Below are positions 57,429 to 64,000 of a stretch of DNA of 64,000 nt, in pieces. This DNA is from a virus. How positions within the stretch are numbered: position 1 is the stretch's first letter; each line of letters starts with the position of its first letter. The position numbers and the translations under genes were made by a program. Below the pieces are notes generated by a model. That model ran no database searches. It worked only from the letters and a program-made list of their open reading frames with translations, and was not told the DNA's origin. The stretch lies in IMG/VR virus record IMGVR_UViG_3300036795_000108, positions 1 through 64,000 of that record, one strand, 5' to 3'.

Positions 57429-57991
57429 TGCGGTGGCTCCTTTGGAACGGGTTGGTCACGCTCGCGCGCGACGGTATGAACCCGAACCGTGTGACTGACC
57501 GGCTAACGCCAGCATTGCCCCAAGTGGGGAGTCAGGAGCCCGATGCGAAGAAAAGGCTACAGAAGCGCGCAGGCGTGCTCAGAAGCCACGACGCGCCTGG
57601 ATGAACGAGTGCGCCACCCGCGTCCCCTCGACCAGAAACGCGAAACGATGCACACCCGGACGGCTAAGCACCACCACCGCCTCAAAGGTCCCGTCGGGCT
57701 GCTGCGACACCGCGACCGCCTTCGGCTCAGACGTGCCCGCCGCCAACAGCTCGCAGGTCACCCGCCCCGATGGCTGCACCGACCCCCCAGCACCCGGGAA
57801 CATCGCCCGGAGCGCGACCGCGTCGCCCCTGCTGAACACCGCGCCCTGTCGAGGCGCGACCACCAAGCATGCCACCGGTCTCGCAGGCCCCGGCTGGCGC
57901 TCCCGGCGACGCACGTTGCTCGGACCGCGAGCATCCGCGAACACCGGACCCGGCAGATCCCCACGCCGACGAGAGCCATCCCCACGCTCGC

Positions 57992-58324
57992 TCATGGCAG
58001 CGCCAGCACCGTCAGCCGGTCCCCCGTCGCGAACGTCTCGATCTCCTCCGAGGACCACGTGACGACGATGAACGGCTGATAGACATCCGCGTTCGCCGTG
58101 TCGCCCGACGCGAACTCATAGGTCAGATTCCAGAAGTGCAGGCCATCGGGATCCGCGGTCGCGGGCCAAACCGCAGAGCCATCCCCGGAGAACTGGTAGG
58201 CCTTGCCGATGAACTCGACGAGGATGCTCTCCGCCGAGGAGAGGTTCAGCACGCCCGTCTCGTCAGACACCTGAAAGCGAGCGTCGGGGTAGCTGTCCCC
58301 GACATACATGCTGCGGCTGCTCAC
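57992..58324 (-). CDS. Small acidic Ig-like (BppU N-terminal-like) virion protein
   Basis: MYVGDSYP...LNLS...YEFASGDT...VTWS..IETF. Confidence 0.55.
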   Translation of the reverse strand: MSSRSMYVGDSYPDARFQVSDETGVLNLSSAESILVEFIGKAYQFSGDGSAVWPATADPDGLHFWNLTYEFASGDTANADVYQPFIVVTWSSEEIETFATGDRLTVLALP

Positions 58325-58330
58325 GGCGTC

Positions 58331-58510
58331 TCAGCCCTCCAGTGCGATGCTCGTCGTGTTCCCGTCAAGACTGGCCGACGGCGCCGGATTCTGTACCAAC
58401 AGCGCCGGCCCGGGATTTCGCATCGCCAGCGCGGGCCCGGGGTTCTGCATCGTCGCCGAGGTCGGCAGCCACACCGCGATCCCGGAGCCAGTCAATTCGA
58501 TCCACGGCAT
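58331..58510 (-). CDS. 59-aa protein with three NP(G/A)P repeats (not in ORF track)
   Basis: MPWIELTGSGIAVWLPTSATMQNPGPALAMRNPGPALLVQNPAPSASLDGNTTSIALEG; its end supplies the GGAGG RBS of the next gene. Confidence 0.5.
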   Translation of the reverse strand: MPWIELTGSGIAVWLPTSATMQNPGPALAMRNPGPALLVQNPAPSASLDGNTTSIALEG

Positions 58511-58544
58511 CTCTGCCGCATGCTACGTCAGCGTGCAGGCGACC

Positions 58545-59228
58545 TCAGCGACGTACGTCGTGCGGCAATTCGATCATCGGCGCGCGTCGGGCAATAACGG
58601 GCGCTAGGCGCTCCATTGGATTGATCGACTCTAGGTAAACGGCGGTAGTCGTCAGATCGGCGTGTCCAAGAACAGCTTGGATCGTCAGTAGGTCAGCACC
58701 CTCGCGACGTAACTCCACGGAGAGCCCGTGGCGCAGAGCGTGGGGATGGGCCCGTTTACCAAGATGCGCACGCTGACCCGCGTCTCGCATCTGCCGCCGC
58801 AGATCGCAGTCCCACCACTTCGCGCCAGCAGTCAACCCCATCACAACCGGCAACAGGTATCCAGGCGCGAGGTCGCGACGAACGCGGAGCCACTGCTCAA
58901 GCTCGTCCCAGCCCCACGCGTCCATCCCGACAAGACGGCTGCGGTCACCCTTCCCATGCCGGATCAGGATGGTGCCCTGTTCAGGATCAAGATCGCGTTC
59001 GGTGAGATCCAGCAGCTCGCTGACACGCATCCCGGTCCGGTACATGACGATGATTGCAGCGCGAAGACGCGCGGCCATCACCTCGTAGGTCGCACCGGGT
59101 TTCTGCGGCACGCACTCGCTAAGAAGCGCGACGACATCGGTGAGCAGCAGCGGCTCTAGGGGATACTTGCGACGGTGAGCGCGGTCTCGTCGTGAGCCAC
59201 GCATACGAGTAGGCTGCGTTCTGTCCAT
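58545..59228 (-). CDS. Tyrosine recombinase, catalytic domain only
   Basis: RTGMRVSE (R), HGKGD (K), HALRH (HxxR), LGHAD (H), TTAVY (Y). Confidence 0.92.
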   Translation of the reverse strand: MDRTQPTRMRGSRRDRAHRRKYPLEPLLLTDVVALLSECVPQKPGATYEVMAARLRAAIIVMYRTGMRVSELLDLTERDLDPEQGTILIRHGKGDRSRLVGMDAWGWDELEQWLRVRRDLAPGYLLPVVMGLTAGAKWWDCDLRRQMRDAGQRAHLGKRAHPHALRHGLSVELRREGADLLTIQAVLGHADLTTTAVYLESINPMERLAPVIARRAPMIELPHDVRR

Positions 59229-59253
59229 GAGAGACTCCGTTCTCGTGGGCCAT

Positions 59254-59284
59254 GACCCTGGGCGGTTCCTGCCGCGCCGGGGTC
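59254..59284. promoter_or_regulatory. Structured leader hairpin, CAGGAA loop, copy 2
   Basis: Minus strand GACCCCGG-C-GCGG-CAGGAA-CCGC-CCAGGGTC. Confidence 0.7.
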
Positions 59285-59381
59285 GCTTATTGAGGTCTTT
59301 CAGGCTAGGGAACGCAAGGGTGAATCGGTACTAGACCTTCGTCTAGTCCTCTACCGGTTCTCACGCAAGCTGGGACGAGAC

Positions 59382-62009
59382 TTACTTGCGCGCTGGCGCG
59401 AAGGTGATCGTGGGCGCAGCCGTGTAGGTGATCGCATACCAGTCCCCGGCCTCAATGTCGATCACGGTGCCGGGGAACGTGCCCGAAGACTGGGTGAGGA
59501 TGTTGAAGATGTGGGAGTCGTCGCGGCTGAAGTTGATCGCGGTACCGGTGCCCCCGCTGATGTAAAGCTTGCCGGGCAAGCCCTCCGCATGCTGCTGGTA
59601 GGTCGTAGAGGCTGGCGCGGTGATCGTGTACGGGGCGATCGGATAGACGCCGCCCTGGGGGATGAAACCGCCATCGTGGAAGATCTTGCCGATGTAGTTA
59701 GCTGCGTTCACATACGCTGGCGAGCTGCTGCCCTCGATCTCTGAGAAGTTCGCATTGGAGATCCGGAGGCGAAGCGAAATGACCGTGAAGCTGTTGCTGA
59801 GATGCCACGCATACGGCCCCGTCTCGCCGTAGAGGCTTGGCTTGAAGCTGTCGATCTCACCCTCGGTGATCGTGTTGCTCGCCGTGGAGAAGTCGATCCC
59901 GGAGATGGAATGCGTCGAGGCGCCGCGCAGGTTGAATCCGGGCCGGATGTCCTTCCAGCCATCGAGGTGAAAGGTGCCGGTCCCGAGCCCGATGCCCGCG
60001 ATACCCGCCGTGGTGTTCCCGTTTGTGTCGCCGGTGATCGTGGTGCGCACGTTCTTGAAGCACAGGCGGCTGACGACCGAGGACTCGCCGGCGTTCATGC
60101 TCGCGCCGATGTAGATCGCGCGGATGGTGGTCGCGGCCGCGGACAGGCTGATCGCAGGCGCCTCGACCTCGAAGTCGTCGATCTCCAGGCGGTGAACCGC
60201 GGTGGTCAGCACGCTGATCGCCCGGATCGAGTTCAGGTCGGGGCAGAGGCTCGTATGGGTGGACTGCGCGATCCGTACTCGGTGAAGCGGACAGCCGCCA
60301 CCCTCGCCGGACAGCTTGATGCCGACCGGTGTGCTGGTGAGCGTGCCCTGGTAGGTGTAGCGGGTGCGGTGCTTCTCGATGCGCGTGTACTGGGGCGCTA
60401 TCGGCCAGGAGAATGAGTTGATGTAAACGCCGCAGTCGTTGATCGCGTCCACAGAGTCGCAGCCGTAGATGAGACCGTAGGAGTGCCCGTCGAGCTCGTA
60501 CGCGTCATCGACAGCGCCGTGGGGGACACGGCAGCGGATGCACCCCATGCGACCGCCGTAGCCGCGCGCGCCGAACTGGAAGCCCGCGCCGCGCGCGTAG
60601 CTGGTGGGAATGTTGGCATGCTGCGGGTCGACGTCATGCTCGCAGTCGATCGCCCAGATCTTGTCGCAGAAGCAGTTGATCGCGAACGCTGGACCTTGAA
60701 GACCACCGGCGGTCCAACCGGTGCCCGCGTCCGTGAAGGTAGTCGCCGTGGACGCCACGGCCTGGTTCTCGGTGTACCAACCGGGTGTCGCGCCCTTGTA
60801 GATGATGATGCTCGAGATGCTCGACCCACCGGGGATCGCCCATGAGAGGCTGGCCTGCAGGTTGGAGCCGCTCATGAGACAGAACGCCTCGGCAGACGGG
60901 TAGCAAGGATGGCCGGTGCTGTCGAGCGCGACGAGGCGGTAGTAGGCGTAGCCGACCGAGTTGCCAGTCCCGGACGACGCACTCGCCGCGAGGCTCGTGA
61001 GCTGGTTGGTAGTTCCCGTCTGGATGGCCTGGCCGCCGCCGGCTGAGACGAGCATCCCGGTATCGCCGCCGCCGAAATTGCAGTGCTGCGCGTTGATGTT
61101 CGTCAGGATCGAGCGGAGCGCCTCGCCGTAGTTGTGGTGGCGACAGACGATCGAGATGGCGGCGCGTGCAGAGTTGGCCTGCGTGTAGTCGCCGGTTGAA
61201 ACGACCGAGGGAGTGTTCTCAGTGATGACATCGTTGAACGTGATCCGGTCGCCGTTGACGTAGTAGCGCTGCGTGCCGCCCTCGCTGGCGCCCAGGACGA
61301 CTGCGTCCTTACTCTGCACGTTGTTAGCGTCGACGGTGAAGCCCCGGAATGCGAGACGCGAGAACAGGTCCGAGCAGGTCAGCGTCGCGCCGGTGACCGA
61401 GGTCGTCGCAGGCGCAGAGAGCGTCCAGGAGGTCGTCCCGGCACCGGAGAGGAGCGTCGTGCCGAGCGGGATATCCGGATGGGTGACGAGCATCCCGTTC
61501 TGAAAGTTCGTCTGTGAGCCCGCGGTGACGGTTACCGCGGTCGAGCCCGCTGCGGTCGTCGCGGTGACAGAGCTGCTCTGGATCTGCTGGGCGCTGAAAT
61601 CGAATGCGCGCGGTGTGTTGGTCGAGAGCTTGATCCGGGTGGCGTGGCTCCCCTTGCCTTCGACCGTGAGCGGACAGTTGCGCGGCACCTGCAGGCCACC
61701 GGCCGTACTGCTATTCAGGTAGCAGATGCCTTGCGACAGCTCGATGCCCTGCGGCATTCCATTGCTGGCGTAGTTCGTTGCGGCCTGGTTGATCGCGGCC
61801 TGGACTGCGGCGGTGTCGTCGGTGGTGTTGTCGAACTTCGCGCCCCATGCCTTCGTGCTGATGAGCGGCATGTCGGCATAGCCGGCGGTGCCATCGGATC
61901 GGATGACCTTGGCCTGATTCGCGACAGCGCTGTATACGCTCCCGGCTCCCCCCACGAGATCCACCGAATCCGGTAGGTTTCCTCCGCCTGTTGCAACCCT
62001 GACGGTCAT
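59382..62009 (-). CDS. Tailspike / pectate-lyase-like beta-helix protein
   Basis: WGAKFDNTTDDTAAVQAAIN...GKGSHATRIK; internal FN3-like module. Confidence 0.75.
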   Translation of the reverse strand: MTVRVATGGGNLPDSVDLVGGAGSVYSAVANQAKVIRSDGTAGYADMPLISTKAWGAKFDNTTDDTAAVQAAINQAATNYASNGMPQGIELSQGICYLNSSTAGGLQVPRNCPLTVEGKGSHATRIKLSTNTPRAFDFSAQQIQSSSVTATTAAGSTAVTVTAGSQTNFQNGMLVTHPDIPLGTTLLSGAGTTSWTLSAPATTSVTGATLTCSDLFSRLAFRGFTVDANNVQSKDAVVLGASEGGTQRYYVNGDRITFNDVITENTPSVVSTGDYTQANSARAAISIVCRHHNYGEALRSILTNINAQHCNFGGGDTGMLVSAGGGQAIQTGTTNQLTSLAASASSGTGNSVGYAYYRLVALDSTGHPCYPSAEAFCLMSGSNLQASLSWAIPGGSSISSIIIYKGATPGWYTENQAVASTATTFTDAGTGWTAGGLQGPAFAINCFCDKIWAIDCEHDVDPQHANIPTSYARGAGFQFGARGYGGRMGCIRCRVPHGAVDDAYELDGHSYGLIYGCDSVDAINDCGVYINSFSWPIAPQYTRIEKHRTRYTYQGTLTSTPVGIKLSGEGGGCPLHRVRIAQSTHTSLCPDLNSIRAISVLTTAVHRLEIDDFEVEAPAISLSAAATTIRAIYIGASMNAGESSVVSRLCFKNVRTTITGDTNGNTTAGIAGIGLGTGTFHLDGWKDIRPGFNLRGASTHSISGIDFSTASNTITEGEIDSFKPSLYGETGPYAWHLSNSFTVISLRLRISNANFSEIEGSSSPAYVNAANYIGKIFHDGGFIPQGGVYPIAPYTITAPASTTYQQHAEGLPGKLYISGGTGTAINFSRDDSHIFNILTQSSGTFPGTVIDIEAGDWYAITYTAAPTITFAPARK

Positions 62010-62032
62010 CTAACTCCCCCAGTACGCATTCA

Positions 62033-64000
62033 TCAGTAGGTGCTCAGGGCGGGCATTTCCACCTTCGTGGCCGTGACGGGCAGCGTGACCGATGACGCTG
62101 GGGTCAGCGACGGCGCCGACACACCGCCGGCGCCGGGCACGTTCTCCATGATGTACGTCCCGGTCGCCGAGGACGAAACGATCCCGATGTAGTAGAGCCC
62201 CGACGAGAGGGCCTGTGAAGCGGAGAACGCGACGAACTGGGCGCCGTACGTGCCCGCCTGAGCTGTGCTGGCGCTGGACCCGAGCAGGTTGCCGCCCGCG
62301 TCACGGATCGTCACCACGATGTTCCCGTTGACGGTGCCCTCGTTATAGAAGCACAGCCCGGTGAGCGTGAGCCTTAGCGGGATCTGGAGAGGCGCGAGAT
62401 ACTCCTCGTTCGCCGCCAGGATGGTCGACCCGTACGGCCCGAAGCCCACGGGCTTGAACAGGGTGGTCGACGTAGCCGGGACGGGCACGTAGTTGAACGA
62501 GTCCCGGAAGACGGCGGCCGCGGGCTTGGCGGTGACCTGGTCGTTGTGGTAGAGGCCCCAGTTATCGGCCGTGACGGTGGTGTCCGTGCCGCTGTCGTAC
62601 TCGCAGAAGACGAAGGCGCGCTCGACGTAGGGGATCTCGCGCATCCGCTGGAAGGCGTGGCTGATGTAGGCGGCCTGCAGCGCCTCGGTGACGGCAGCGG
62701 TGCCAGTTCCCGTGGCCTGCCCCCACTCGTTGAGCCATATCGGCTTGTCGCCGTCCCCGTTGGTGGCCATGAGCGCCTGGATCGCCGAGATGCGAGTCCA
62801 GCCGTTCGTCAAGGTCTCCGATCCGGCGAGCGGGTCGTTCCCGTTGCCGTAGGAGTGATAGGCCAGCACGTCGAAGTAGCCCTGCGCGCCGGCGGCGTAC
62901 ACCTCCGTCAGCCAGTACGTGTCGAGGTTGATGCCGCTGGTGTTGCCCTCGGTTCCCCCCGGCGCGATGCCGCCCAGGAGCACGAGCGCGGTCGAGTCCG
63001 CAGCCTTGATCACCGGGTAGGCGGCCTGGAGCAGCGACACGTACGTCGCATAGCCCGTGTTGTCGGAGAACATGACCGAGTTGTTCGGCTCGTTCTCGAT
63101 CTCCCACCAGTGACAGCCGTACTTGCCGCGGTCCTTGTAGCGGCCCACGCAGGCGCTCGCAAAGCTGGCGTAGTCCGCGGGGTCCGTCGGCGGCACGTTC
63201 CAAGACTCGCTGCCGTTCGCCCAGCCGGGGCAGAAGCACAAGAGGAACTGCACGCGAAGGCCCTGGGCGTCGGCCGCGTCGTAGATCGCGTCGGCCTGCG
63301 TCCAGGTGAAGGAGCTGCCGTTGGTTGGCTGCACCTGATCCCACTTCAACGCCACACGGACCGCGTCCGCGCCGAGACTCGCGATCAACGCCATGTCGGT
63401 CGCAAGCTCCTCCGTCGTCATCGTCCACTGGGAGGAGTCGGTGGCGATCCCGAGCCCCTGCCTATGGATGGGAAGTAGCGACGAGACCGAGGCGGTGCTC
63501 AGAGCCGATGCGGCGAGGCCGCCAAGATCGGTGGCTTCGACGCCCGTGTCGATGATCGCGTCCTTGGTAACCGAGTCGTCGTCGGCGCCACCGAGGCCAC
63601 CCAGCGCCTGGACGTCAATATTCGTCCCGTCGGTGCATGCGATCAGCACCTGAGTCGTCGTCCCGGCCATCGTCGGGATCGCCACGGCCTCTGAGTCCGT
63701 GCCGTCCGACACCGTCAACGTGCGGCCACCCGTGCTGTCCTGCGTCAACGTGAACAGCGCCTGATACCCGGCGGCGATCGGGTCGACGGTGATCGTGAGG
63801 TCCGCGTCCAGCGTCCCGTGGATCATCTGCTGTTTCGCACCGGAGAACTCAAGCGTGTACGCCGACCCCATGTTCCCCGGCGTGGCCTGGGACCCGGTGA
63901 GTATCGAAGCCGGGATCTCACCCGGACCCCCAGCGCCCGGCAATGTGATATCCGCTGCTGCGACCGGATCCGCGGGCTGGCGCTGACTCGCGGTCGAGTC
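62033..64000 (-). CDS. Virion-type protein with clan-A glycoside hydrolase domain (GH5/GH39-like); 5' end runs off the window
   Basis: WEIENEPN acid/base, AYHSY, PIWLNEWG nucleophile; frame open from 64000. Confidence 0.85.
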   Translation of the reverse strand, partial: DSTASQRQPADPVAAADITLPGAGGPGEIPASILTGSQATPGNMGSAYTLEFSGAKQQMIHGTLDADLTITVDPIAAGYQALFTLTQDSTGGRTLTVSDGTDSEAVAIPTMAGTTTQVLIACTDGTNIDVQALGGLGGADDDSVTKDAIIDTGVEATDLGGLAASALSTASVSSLLPIHRQGLGIATDSSQWTMTTEELATDMALIASLGADAVRVALKWDQVQPTNGSSFTWTQADAIYDAADAQGLRVQFLLCFCPGWANGSESWNVPPTDPADYASFASACVGRYKDRGKYGCHWWEIENEPNNSVMFSDNTGYATYVSLLQAAYPVIKAADSTALVLLGGIAPGGTEGNTSGINLDTYWLTEVYAAGAQGYFDVLAYHSYGNGNDPLAGSETLTNGWTRISAIQALMATNGDGDKPIWLNEWGQATGTGTAAVTEALQAAYISHAFQRMREIPYVERAFVFCEYDSGTDTTVTADNWGLYHNDQVTAKPAAAVFRDSFNYVPVPATSTTLFKPVGFGPYGSTILAANEEYLAPLQIPLRLTLTGLCFYNEGTVNGNIVVTIRDAGGNLLGSSASTAQAGTYGAQFVAFSASQALSSGLYYIGIVSSSATGTYIMENVPGAGGVSAPSLTPASSVTLPVTATKVEMPALSTY

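Larger units (their letters stand above)
1..64000 (-). mobile_element. Actinobacterial siphovirus / prophage genome segment (both ends lie outside the window or were not recognised)
   Basis: Colinear capsid, tail, tape measure, lysis, recombination and replication genes; many small overlapping ORFs with ATGA/GTGA junctions; no host housekeeping genes. Confidence 0.95.

Noticed and set aside
55381-57500. CCCGAAC at 55382 and 57481 as further leader-hairpin copies
   Set aside because: They lie on the opposite strand to transcription and lack the TATACT promoter and CYAYGAAA box.
58549-58560. 12-bp palindrome CGACGTACGTCG at the recombinase 3' end
   Set aside because: Short, within coding sequence, unrelated to the upstream palindrome; plausible by chance.
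59311-59370. Integron attC site next to the tyrosine recombinase
   Set aside because: No RYYYAAC/GTTRRRY ends, no repeated cassette sites, and the enzyme lacks the IntI-specific insertion.
36239-64000. Diversity-generating retroelement or shufflon acting on tail fibres
   Set aside because: No reverse transcriptase, no template/variable repeat pair and no inverted alternative C-termini were seen.

Overview
The whole window looks like one high-GC actinobacterial siphovirus or prophage genome segment, transcribed almost entirely on the minus strand. The host is probably Thermoleophilia/Solirubrobacterales-like (inference from host-like mIHF, BldC-like and AT-hook/wHTH genes). In transcription order (64 kb to 1) it starts with two carbohydrate-active virion-type proteins (clan-A glycoside hydrolase; beta-helix tailspike) and a small tyrosine recombinase. 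These are followed by HK97 capsid, head-tail and tail genes, a frameshifted tail chaperone, a 2541-aa tape measure, minor tail proteins and a lysis cassette. A ~33 kb early/middle region then carries RecT and exonuclease, primase-helicase, RuvC-like, DUF932, JAB peptidase, ParB/ABC-GNAT/ASCH/terminase small subunit, HNHs, two mIHF-like proteins and a DNA methyltransferase. Three glycosyltransferases sit in two plus-strand islands. No tRNA, rRNA, CRISPR, portal or large terminase was recognised. The most striking signals are non-coding. (1) An 11-copy CGTTATACTC promoter motif is confined to 2.7-33.3 kb, and four copies are followed by a CCCGAAC-type loop hairpin with variable stems. (2) A CAGGAA-loop hairpin/antisense cassette is shared by two unrelated genes. 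(3) A two-hairpin AGTCAG-loop element is duplicated. All protein calls rest on motif recognition by eye, with no database search.
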